DNA of 13,356 bases, taken from positions 1-13,356 of the forward strand of contig JAVJWO010000075.1 of assembly GCA_040222015.1 (NCBI GenBank), written 5' to 3'. Position numbers and translations under genes: made by a program. This document shows positions 1-6,926 of the stretch, in pieces. Each line of letters opens with the position of its first letter. The stretch's first letter is position 1. The notes under the pieces were generated by a model. The model made no database searches. It was not told where the DNA came from and worked only from the letters and a program-made list of their open reading frames with translations. The DNA comes from Coleofasciculus chthonoplastes F2-STO-03 (lineage in GTDB: Bacteria; Cyanobacteriota; Cyanobacteriia; Cyanobacteriales; Coleofasciculaceae).

Positions 1-56
1 TGGACGGGTAAAATTCCAGCAGCTACATTGGTGTTGAACATTTTTGTATTGTTCCG

Positions 57-172
57 GCGCGGTGGGGCATCCCGTGCCGTTAATAAAGCTCAGTTAATGT
101 CCCGTCCCAATAGGTGGAGTCGCTGAGAAGCCCACATCATAATCTTTTTGATTTGATGTGGGAGTATGTCAC
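57..172 (+). mobile_element. Remnant IS200/IS605-family right end (tnpB 3' tail/omegaRNA-scaffold region) without an intact tnpB frame
   Basis: GAAG (127-130) directly precedes the hairpin CCCACATCA-t-AATC-ttttt-GATT-TGATGTGGG (131-162), followed by AGTATGTCAC ending in TCAC (169-172). This fits the guide/cleavage tetranucleotide pairing known for IS608-type right ends. Bases 59-76 translate to AVGHPV, reminiscent of cyanobacterial TnpB C-termini, but that frame has a stop at 35-37 and no DRDxNAA motif. Confidence 0.6.
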
Positions 173-226
173 TCAAGTTAGCGACGGGAGCTGTCAAGGA
201 TGTCTCCCTCTGCTCCCCCAGCTTCC

Positions 227-1081
227 CTATCTCCCCTCGCGGCGAAAGAGGTGGGAGTGTTCTGGATGATAGAGGCGGGAACGTGTCGCTGTCTTATTAT
301 CTTGGCTCGATATTTTCTCTGGTAAAGACCAAGGTGTTCTCAAGGCGGGGCTAATTATATAAAGTGTTGTCCGAATTAGATTTTCCTGGTGAGTTAGTGC
401 TGCCATTTCTTCTAATGGGACAAGCCACATTTTCTCATCAGACCAACTAATCCGGAAACAGACAGCAACCGGGGTATTTGCTGGATAATGTTGCATCAGT
501 TTGGCTTGGGCGGCGTCTACATGACGAGCGCTCAGATAAAGACAAAGACTGGCTTGATGGGCGGCTAGAGACGCTAATTCTTCCGACTCAGGTACGGCTG
601 AGGCTCGACCACTAATGCGCGTCAGGATAATGGTTTGTACCACGTCCGGCACAGTGAGTTCAACCCCTAGTTTAGCTGCTGCCGCTTGGTAAGCACTAAT
701 GCCAGGAATCACTTCAAAGGGAATTTCTGCCTCGGTAAGGGCTTGCATTTGCTCGTGAATGGCGCTGTATAGACTCAGATCACCCGAATGCAGACGAACT
801 ACAGATTTTTGCGATCGCACTCGTTCAATCATCAGGGGTAAGATGTCTTCTAGGGTTTTATTCCCAGTTCGGATAATTTCTGCATCAGGACGGGTTTCCT
901 GCAAAATTTGTGATGGCACTAAGGAGTCGGCAAATAAAATAACATCTGCTTTTTGCAGGATTTTCAACGCTTTAACGGTTAATAACTCCGGATCTCCAGG
1001 TCCAGCACCAATAATGTAGACGGCTGGGGCTAGAGAAGGGAGAGAGCTTTGAAGTTGAGTAGAGTCAGAACTTTGATACAT
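227..1081 (-). CDS. cobM: Precorrin-4 C11-methyltransferase (cobalamin biosynthesis)
   Basis: Motifs VYIIGAGPGDPELLTVKA, VRLHSGDLSLYSAIHEQ, ELTVPDVVQTIILTR and C-terminal SRLYHPEHSHLFR. Start placed at ATG 1081 (MYQSS), because the ORF-track extension to 1135 runs into the non-coding 104-bp repeat. Confidence 0.93.
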   Translation of the reverse strand: MYQSSDSTQLQSSLPSLAPAVYIIGAGPGDPELLTVKALKILQKADVILFADSLVPSQILQETRPDAEIIRTGNKTLEDILPLMIERVRSQKSVVRLHSGDLSLYSAIHEQMQALTEAEIPFEVIPGISAYQAAAAKLGVELTVPDVVQTIILTRISGRASAVPESEELASLAAHQASLCLYLSARHVDAAQAKLMQHYPANTPVAVCFRISWSDEKMWLVPLEEMAALTHQENLIRTTLYIISPALRTPWSLPEKISSQDNKTATRSRLYHPEHSHLFRREGR

Positions 1082-1088
1082 ATAAATT

Positions 1089-1094
1089 TCCGGA
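1089..1094 (+). promoter_or_regulatory. DIF1-like TCCGGA motif at about -35 of sRNA copy 1 (also at 1193-1198 and 1297-1302)
   Basis: TCCGGA lies at -36..-31 relative to GGTAGATGCACC in all three units. This is the position of the DIF1 motif in HetR-dependent promoters such as those of nsiR1. Confidence 0.65.
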
Positions 1095-1124
1095 TCAGGT
1101 TCATAGGGATAGGAAGAAAGAAAT

Positions 1125-1176
1125 GGTAGATGCACCCTGATTTAGTCCTAGAGATTTTTTCTCTGGGGCTTTTGTT
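1125..1176 (+). ncRNA. NsiR1-like small RNA, copy 1 (about 50-58 nt)
   Basis: The 5' sequence GGTAGATGCACCCTG matches my recollection of the NsiR1 5' end. It is followed by a terminator hairpin and U-tract and preceded by TCCGGA at -35. Confidence 0.68.
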
Positions 1177-1182
1177 ATTTTT
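1144..1182 (+). terminator. Intrinsic terminator of the sRNA unit (repeated at +104 and +208)
   Basis: AGTCCTAGAGA-TTTTT-TCTCTGGGGCT forms an 11-bp stem with two G-U pairs, which work only for a + strand RNA, followed by TTTGTTATTTTT. Confidence 0.75.
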
Positions 1183-1228
1183 AGACGACTTTTCCGGATT
1201 AGGTTCATAGGGATAGGAAGAAAGAAAT

Positions 1229-1280
1229 GGTAGATGCACCCTGGTTCAGTCCTAGAGATTTTTTCTCTGGGGCTTTTGTT
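1229..1280 (+). ncRNA. NsiR1-like small RNA, copy 2
   Basis: Same architecture: TCCGGA at 1193-1198, GGTAGATGCACCCTG from 1229, terminator hairpin plus U-tract. Confidence 0.68.
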
Positions 1281-1332
1281 ATTTTTAGACGACTTTTCCG
1301 GATCAGGTTCATAGGGATAAGAAGAAAGAAAT

Positions 1333-1384
1333 GGTAGATGCACCCTGGTTCAGTCCTAGAGATTTTTTCTCTGGGGCTTTTGTT
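1333..1384 (+). ncRNA. NsiR1-like small RNA, copy 3
   Basis: Same architecture: TCCGGA at 1297-1302, GGTAGATGCACCCTG from 1333. Repeat homology ends just after the terminator U-tract (1387). Confidence 0.68.
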
Positions 1385-1487
1385 ATTGCCTACCTCACGG
1401 TATCTTGGAGTTTGTGAAGAGTGCGGCACATCTCAGTTTAAACTTGTAGATGGTATTCTAGCGTTAAATTGACACCAATGAACCTTG

Positions 1488-1608
1488 TAAGTAGGTTGGT
1501 GGAAATAAACTTAACTAGATTAAGTTATGTAAACAAGTTTCAAACCCTTACTGTTCCCTGTTCCCTGTTCCCTAATCTCCACCGCTAACTTTAATGTCCA
1601 CCTACTTA
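1488..1608. mobile_element. MITE-like element with terminal inverted repeats
   Basis: GTAAGTAGGT (1487-1496) is the exact reverse complement of ACCTACTTAC (1600-1609), and the match continues imperfectly inward. There is TA at both ends. The interior carries AACTTAA-CTAGA-TTAAGTT and (CTGTTCC)x3. Confidence 0.6.
1551..1571. repeat. STRR-like heptamer (CTGTTCC)x3; related GGGAACA units at about 11036-11052
   Basis: Read directly from the sequence. Short tandem heptamers are typical of filamentous cyanobacteria. Confidence 0.8.
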
Positions 1609-2487
1609 CTACTCAGATACTGTATCCCATTGCTGATTTTCCGGTGGTACAACATCCGGGAGAGGACGACGGAACCAGTAGAGCCATGCTAAACCTGCCA
1701 ATCCCAAGAGAATTGACACTAAACTGACAATTTGAGCAATGCGTAAAGGTCCTACCATCAGGCTATCCGTTCGTAATCCTTCAATCCAAATTCGACCTGC
1801 ACTATAACCCACCAGATAAATTAGCGCCAATGTACCAACTTTCAGGTGCGGTTTTCGTTTCAAATCCCGAAAGAATAAGGTTATCAGTACCGCAAAAATC
1901 AATAAATTCCACAGCGACTCATAAAGAAACGTGGGATGGAAATATTGATAATTTATGTACGCTGGAGGGCGATGTTGGGGCGGAATATACAGTTTCCACG
2001 GTAAATTTGTGGGACTGCCAAAGGCTTCTGAATTAAAGAAATTACCCCAACGTCCAATAGCTTGCCCCAAAATCAGCGAAGGAACAACCAAATCAGCTAA
2101 TAACCAAACCGATAGTTTCTGAATCCGGGCAAAAATGATTGTGGCGACAAGTCCACCCAAAATAGCACCGTGAATCGCGATACCCCCTTTCCAAATCGCA
2201 ATAATATCTTCCGGGCGTTGGGCGTATTGTTGCCATTGAAACAAGACATAGTAAAGTCTGGCACAGGGAATTGCCCCAATCACCAACCAGATTGCCAAAT
2301 CTGCGATCGCGTTTGGATCAACGTTACGGCGCTTGGCTAAATATTGGGATAAACTGACTCCAATTAATACGGCTGAAGCAATTAATAAACCGTACCACCG
2401 GATAGTCAGTGGTCCTAGCTTCACCAGAATCGGTCCTGGAGAGGCAAATTGAAACGCCAGGATCAGGGAAGGTATGGCTTGCAGCAT
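1609..2487 (-). CDS. lgt: Prolipoprotein diacylglyceryl transferase
   Basis: Motifs [42 protein letters not shown] and HPTFLYES. Start placed at ATG 2487 (MLQAIP). Confidence 0.95.
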   Translation of the reverse strand: MLQAIPSLILAFQFASPGPILVKLGPLTIRWYGLLIASAVLIGVSLSQYLAKRRNVDPNAIADLAIWLVIGAIPCARLYYVLFQWQQYAQRPEDIIAIWKGGIAIHGAILGGLVATIIFARIQKLSVWLLADLVVPSLILGQAIGRWGNFFNSEAFGSPTNLPWKLYIPPQHRPPAYINYQYFHPTFLYESLWNLLIFAVLITLFFRDLKRKPHLKVGTLALIYLVGYSAGRIWIEGLRTDSLMVGPLRIAQIVSLVSILLGLAGLAWLYWFRRPLPDVVPPENQQWDTVSE

Positions 2488-2513
2488 TTGGGTATAGCGG
2501 AGATTAAAAATGG

Positions 2514-2569
2514 TCAACGTTACTCGCGAGAATCTCCGACTTCCGTGAACAAGTCGGAGAGGGATAGCG
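2514..2569 (+). repeat. Perfect 10-bp hairpin; possible orphan IS200/IS605 left end or REP-like palindrome
   Basis: TCTCCGACTT-CCGTGAAC-AAGTCGGAGA (2533-2560), with GAAT at its foot (2530-2533) and TCAA upstream (2514-2517). Confidence 0.45.
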
Positions 2570-2577
2570 GATGAACT

Positions 2578-3072
2578 CTACCATCCCATTGTTCCGGGTT
2601 CACCCTTGAATGGTCCAACAATATCCTTGGTGATCCATCCCCCGTAGAAGTCCCCCGGCTGGGATTGGACTAACTCATCATCGACATAACAGGCGTCTAT
2701 TTTACTGGCATAAAAGCTAACATGGTCTTTAATCGAAGCAAACTCTGGAGTTGGCTGAGGATAGTACCAGGCGGCATTGGCAGCCCGCTTGTCACCCACC
2801 ACAACGTCGGCATACCCAGCCATTCCCTTCCATTCGCAAAAACTTTTACGCCCTGTCTTCGGAAGGTGTTCTAGCTTGATGTCTTCTGGCGGGATGTAAT
2901 AGGAGGGAGGATGGCTGGTTTCCAATACCCGTTTTGCCCGTCGGGTATCTGCGATCGCGATCCCGTTAAAGATGACCCGAATATGCTTTGTTGTCTCCTC
3001 TAGGCGAGGAGGACGTGGGTAATCCCAGACAGATTCTTGACCAGGTTCAGGGGTAATACGATTGGGTTTCAC
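2578..3072 (-). CDS. DUF427 domain protein
   Basis: Motifs QESVWDYPRPP, VLETSHPPSYYIP, SFCEWKG, AAWYYP and GDFYGGWIT. GTG start. Confidence 0.88.
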   Translation of the reverse strand: MKPNRITPEPGQESVWDYPRPPRLEETTKHIRVIFNGIAIADTRRAKRVLETSHPPSYYIPPEDIKLEHLPKTGRKSFCEWKGMAGYADVVVGDKRAANAAWYYPQPTPEFASIKDHVSFYASKIDACYVDDELVQSQPGDFYGGWITKDIVGPFKGEPGTMGW

Positions 3073-3204
3073 GGTTTAGCTGTTTTCTCTAATGAGACGG
3101 CAGATTAGATGCGGTAGGTCTATGTATGTTTTGATAATGTTACCAGTTTCTGGGAAAATTTTCTAATCAATGCTCAACCTCATCAATTCTGATCAGTTTT
3201 ATAC

Positions 3205-3232
3205 TCAATCAATCAATCAATCAATCAATCAA
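3205..3232. repeat. (TCAA)x7 microsatellite
   Basis: Seven perfect TCAA units followed by a degenerate TTAA, between kaiB and DUF427. Confidence 0.95.
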
Positions 3233-3268
3233 TTAATCGACTCCTGGTGTTAAAAATCTGTTTATTGA

Positions 3269-3622
3269 TCAAATACTCAAGCAAATCTTAACCTTTTCCT
3301 TATCTGTCATATCCCCAATTAAACGCTGTAAAGGAGGAGGAAGTTCTTTGATCAGAGTTGGTACAGCAAAAATTTGCTCTTTTTCTAAACGTTCTGGATT
3401 CTCGTAAATGTCGATTATTTCTAGTTCATAACGCCCTTTCAGGTGTTCTTCACAGATGCTTTTTATATTTTTAACAGCTTGAATTGACTTGAAGTTATTA
3501 TGGGCAATATACAAACGAAAAACGTAGGTTTCTACTTCCAAATTTTCAAGGGAATCGAAACTTAATTGAGAGTCTTCGAGGAACTCCGGCGAATTCTCCT
3601 GTTTTTTTTCAAAATCATTCAT
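3269..3622 (-). CDS. kaiB: KaiB-family (non-canonical paralog) circadian clock protein
   Basis: YVFRLYIA...ICEEHLKGRYELEIIDIYENP...EQIFAVPTLIKELPPPLQRLIGDM. GGGAGG lies upstream of the ATG. Confidence 0.88.
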   Translation of the reverse strand: MNDFEKKQENSPEFLEDSQLSFDSLENLEVETYVFRLYIAHNNFKSIQAVKNIKSICEEHLKGRYELEIIDIYENPERLEKEQIFAVPTLIKELPPPLQRLIGDMTDKEKVKICLSI

Positions 3623-3767
3623 TACGATTCTGTTTTGCCTCCCTATACCTATGATAGTAATCTAGTCATTGTACCGTGACTTCCTCGAAAACTGCTCCGC
3701 TACAGTATTCACTATTTTTTATTACGCATTACATATTACTATATTGTTTATTATTCTCACGTCTCCT

Positions 3768-4097
3768 CTAGGGAATCAGAATGTGCGTTTTAAAGAAATC
3801 AACCAGACGCATCATAAAGGATTTGATTTGCATGTAGTTACCAATATCCGTCAAATTCGATATCGGGTCGATGATAACCACGGTGGGTTTAAATTCATTA
3901 ATAAAACGATAAATTTTGACTAAATGCATCTCTAACCCATAAAAAGTGGGACGCATCGCTTGAATTTTCAACAAACCCTTGTGTACGGATGGTTCTAAAT
4001 CGATGCCAATTGATCGCATATTGCGGATGATCTGGCTAGCCGATTCCTCGAAGGCAAAGTAGAGACATCGTTCTCCCCGCAAGCAAGTCGCATTAGC
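3768..4097 (-). pseudogene. kaiC: Internal fragment of a KaiC2-type CII domain
   Basis: ANATCLRGERCLYFAFEESASQIIRNMRSIGIDL...RPTFYGLEMHL...VVIIDPISNL. An in-frame TAG lies at 4110-4112. There is no CI domain, no CII Walker A and no phosphosite region, and the similarity ends at DFFKT. Confidence 0.85.
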
Positions 4098-4297
4098 GCT
4101 TCTAAAAACCTAGACAAATCTACCCATAAGTAATTCTGTCTTGGTATAAGTCCACGGTGTAACTTTTGGTCGATAACCCCAACTCTCACTGAGGCGGTAG
4201 AATTAGATCTGGACTCGACTGCCTCAATCTCACCTCTAGTCCCGCTAATCGTCTTGACAAAAGCAACAATCTGTGAAAATAAAGAATCATCAGACTT

Positions 4298-5377
4298 ATG
4301 GCTTACTCCGTCACCCCGTCCTCCCATTCTCCTGTCTCTCCAGAAAATAGTCAGCTAAATGAAACCAAAACACCGCTATTAGGGGCAAGTTTGGCTGAGT
4401 TAACCCAGTGGGTGGAACAGCAAGGACAACCTGCCTATCGGGGACGCCAGCTTCATAACTGGATTTATCAAAAAGGGGCGCGACGCCTTAGTGAGATTTC
4501 AGTCTTTTCCAAGTCATGGCGGCAAGCCTTAGTTGATGTCCCCATTGGTCGCTCTACTCTACATTATCGTTCTCAGGCTCCCGATCGCACGGTCAAATAT
4601 TTGCTGCGGTTGGCAGATGGTACTATTATCGAAACCGTCGGGATTCCCACCGCTAATCGGTTAACGGTTTGCGTCTCCTCCCAAGTCGGTTGTCCGATGG
4701 CGTGTGACTTTTGTGCGACGGGGAAAGGCGGATTTACCCGGAATCTCCACCGTTATGAGATTGTTGATCAAGTTTTGACGGTTCAGGAGGATTTTGGGCA
4801 ACGGGTAAGTAATGTTGTATTTATGGGCATGGGAGAACCTTTACTGAATTTAGAGGGGGTTCTGGCTGCTGTGCGTTCCCTGAATCAGGATATTGGCATC
4901 GGTATGCGATCGCAGACGATCTCCACCGTAGGCATTCGCGATCGCATCCGTCAACTAGCAGAACATAAACTGCAATTGACATTTGCTGTTAGCCTTCATG
5001 CGTCTAATCAGCAACTACGCGAACAACTGATTCCCAGTGCCAAACGCTATCCGTTAGCTGATTTACTACAGGAATGTCGGGATTATGTCAAGATAACCGG
5101 ACGCCGAGTTACCTTTGAATATATTCTATTGGCAGGTCTCAATGACCAACCCGAACATGGAATAGAATTAGCTCAACACCTACGCGGATTTCAGAGTCAC
5201 GTTAATTTGATTCCCTACAATCCGATTAGCGAAGTGGATTATCAGCGTCCTAGTCCCCGCCGGATTCAAGCCTTTGTTGAGACATTAAAACAGCATCACA
5301 TTGCCGTCAGCGTGCGTCGTTCTCGCGGTTTAGAAAAAGACGCCGCCTGTGGACAATTAAGGGCTTCGACAGTTTGA
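4298..5377 (+). CDS. rlmN: 23S rRNA A2503 C2-methyltransferase (radical SAM)
   Basis: Motifs [22 protein letters not shown] (CxxxCxxC), [20 protein letters not shown] and AACGQL. Confidence 0.96.
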   Translation: MAYSVTPSSHSPVSPENSQLNETKTPLLGASLAELTQWVEQQGQPAYRGRQLHNWIYQKGARRLSEISVFSKSWRQALVDVPIGRSTLHYRSQAPDRTVKYLLRLADGTIIETVGIPTANRLTVCVSSQVGCPMACDFCATGKGGFTRNLHRYEIVDQVLTVQEDFGQRVSNVVFMGMGEPLLNLEGVLAAVRSLNQDIGIGMRSQTISTVGIRDRIRQLAEHKLQLTFAVSLHASNQQLREQLIPSAKRYPLADLLQECRDYVKITGRRVTFEYILLAGLNDQPEHGIELAQHLRGFQSHVNLIPYNPISEVDYQRPSPRRIQAFVETLKQHHIAVSVRRSRGLEKDAACGQLRASTV

Positions 5378-5501
5378 GCAAAGAAAGGCAGAGGGTAGTG
5401 GAGTGGTTCGACAGGCTCACCAACCGGTCAGAAGACAGAAGGCAGGGTAAGTAAAATATAAAAAACTTGCGATCGCCATCTAAGACACAATCCTTAAAAT
5501 T

Positions 5502-6050
5502 ATGCAAACAGTAGAAAGCTGCCAGTCAATTCTGAATGCTGGTCAAACGAAAACAGAAACCGCGCTACAATTATTTGACGCGCTTGAACCCGTGGATTTA
5601 GACTTTATGATCGGTCGTTGGCAAGGCTCTGGACTTCATACCGATCACCCGATGGATGGCTTATTAGAGACATCGAATTGGTATGGCAAAGAATTTGTTG
5701 ATCCTGAGACAGTTCACCCGCTATTATTTGCAGATGGTCATGGAAAAATTTTTAAGGTGGCGCCCAATCCCACAGCAATGAACTGGGTTCTTAAGGTGCC
5801 TATTTTTAAAAATGAGTCTCTGAAACCTTTGTTGATGCTGATAAATTCCTTACTAAAAACCGAGGCAAGTCAAGCCCGACTCCGAATGATGGACTATCGA
5901 GGAAAAGTTAGTGCCACGATGATCTATGATTATCTGCCGATTAATGACTCGTTTCGGAAAGTGGATGAAAATACTGTGTTAGGAATTATGGACTGGAAAA
6001 ACTCACCCAAACCGTTCTTTTTTGTTCTCAAGCGCAGTGTCACCCCTTAA
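5502..6050 (+). CDS. GXWXG / DUF4334 domain protein
   Basis: MIGRWQG (GXWXG), WYGKEF, ARLRMMDYRGKVSATMIYDYLPINDSFRKVD. Confidence 0.82.
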   Translation: MQTVESCQSILNAGQTKTETALQLFDALEPVDLDFMIGRWQGSGLHTDHPMDGLLETSNWYGKEFVDPETVHPLLFADGHGKIFKVAPNPTAMNWVLKVPIFKNESLKPLLMLINSLLKTEASQARLRMMDYRGKVSATMIYDYLPINDSFRKVDENTVLGIMDWKNSPKPFFFVLKRSVTP

Positions 6051-6067
6051 CCTTATGTCCAGAAACC

Positions 6068-6091
6068 GTAGGGGCGCACAGACGTGCGCCC
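6068..6091 (+). repeat. GTAG-type REP palindrome
   Basis: GTAG followed by GGGCGCAC-AGAC-GTGCGCCC. Confidence 0.8.
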
Positions 6092-6137
6092 GATTCAATG
6101 GTAAAATCTGTTCCACCATTTTAGCTGTGCCATGCCA

Positions 6138-6186
6138 GTAGGTTGGGTTCACCTTTTGGGTTTCGCTTACGCTCTATCCAACCTAC
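6138..6186. repeat. Inverted GTAG-REP pair (REPIN-like) between convergent genes
   Basis: GTAGGTTGG...CCAACCTAC. The minus-strand copy reads GTAGGTTGGATAGAGCGTAAGCGAAACCCAA. Confidence 0.7.
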
Positions 6187-6250
6187 TTGAGATCTATGTG
6201 CCGTTACGTAAAACTTACACATACCTACACCTCCATGTTTCCGAAATTAT

Positions 6251-6694
6251 CTAACTAGGATTCGTTGCTAGTTTAAATCCCAGGGCTTTTTTCTTCATCG
6301 TCTGGAAAATATTGTAGAAACCATTGGCACGAGAGGGAGTTAAGCTGACATTTAACCCAGTTTCTTGGATAAACTCTGGAGACACGTCCACAATTTCTTC
6401 TGGGGGGAGTCCATTTAACCCTTCAATTAGCAGCGCCACTAGCCCTTTAACTAACTGGGCATCTGAATCCCCTTGATACCATACCTTTCCGTCTTCGAGG
6501 TTGGCAGTGATGTAAACCTGGGAAACGCAGCCTTGGACTTTATTTTCCGGTGTTTTGTCCGCTTCTGGCATATCCTGAAGCTTCTTGGCATACCAGAGAA
6601 GCTGTTCATACCGTTGTTTAGGATTCGTCCGTCGCTTAAATCGCTGCACAATTTTGGCGAGGGAATCAGGTAGAGGGGTTGAGGTTGATGACAT
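6251..6694 (-). CDS. sufE: SufE-family cysteine desulfurase activator / sulfur acceptor
   Basis: Motifs ENKVQGCVSQVY, GDSDAQLVKGL and SLTPSRANGF. Start placed at ATG 6694 (MSSTST). Confidence 0.93.
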   Translation of the reverse strand: MSSTSTPLPDSLAKIVQRFKRRTNPKQRYEQLLWYAKKLQDMPEADKTPENKVQGCVSQVYITANLEDGKVWYQGDSDAQLVKGLVALLIEGLNGLPPEEIVDVSPEFIQETGLNVSLTPSRANGFYNIFQTMKKKALGFKLATNPS

Positions 6695-6790
6695 ACCCAG
6701 TATTCCAGACCTACTGTTCAACATTTATCCTAACAAGACTTATGCAATTCTACTCATGCAACCCAGAAAACAGAAGTCAATCCTTAGTCA

Positions 6791-6850
6791 GGGCGGGTTT
6801 AGTTACATCTGGGTGAGGTCAAAAACGATAGTAGTGAAACCCGCCCCTAC
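6791..6850 (-). repeat. Long-loop GTAG-REP in the divergent sufE / PEP-protein intergenic region
   Basis: GGGCGGGTTT (6791-6800) ... AAACCCGCCC-CTAC (6837-6850). It has the same about 60-bp architecture as the array at 12578-13294. Confidence 0.8.
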
Positions 6851-6926
6851 ACACTCAACACTGTTAGCTAATCGAGTTTCCGTTATTCTAGATCACTTAA
6901 CCGCGAGTGGTATTCCAAAGCAAATT

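Larger units (their letters stand above)
1087..1387 (+). repeat. Tandem array of about 2.9 near-identical 104-bp units
   Basis: Units start with TTTCCGGAT at 1087, 1191 and 1295 (period 104). Only a few substitutions separate them: CCCTGATTTAG vs CCCTGGTTCAG, GGATC vs GGATT, GATAGG vs GATAAG. Confidence 0.97.

Noticed and set aside
1030..1429. Short minus-strand ORFs (69, 80 and 74 aa) and the MHLPFL N-terminal extension of CobM
   Set aside because: By-products of a 104-bp repeat that is not a multiple of 3. The + strand promoter/terminator architecture explains the sequence better.
1087..1480. Cobalamin riboswitch upstream of cobM
   Set aside because: No B12-box or GCCACTG/GGGAAG core is visible on the minus strand, and the hairpin with its U-tract is oriented on the + strand.
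4254..4283. Sigma70 promoter for rlmN (TTGACA at 4254-4259)
   Set aside because: The -35 hexamer is perfect, but there is no convincing TANNNT at 16-18 bp spacing.
3995..4327. 110-aa minus-strand ORF as a frameshifted N-terminal part of kaiC
   Set aside because: No Walker A or other KaiC motif is present. It spans the rlmN promoter region and overlaps the rlmN start.
5405..5426. GGTTCGACAGGCTCACCA as a tRNA 3' fragment or att site
   Set aside because: It has a T-loop-like GGTTCGA, but no T-stem or acceptor pairing and no integrase nearby. More likely a lone small dispersed repeat.
6585..6926. 114-aa N-terminal extension of the PEP-utilising protein
   Set aside because: It overlaps sufE in antisense and crosses a REP element. 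Family-like sequence begins at GTG 6927.
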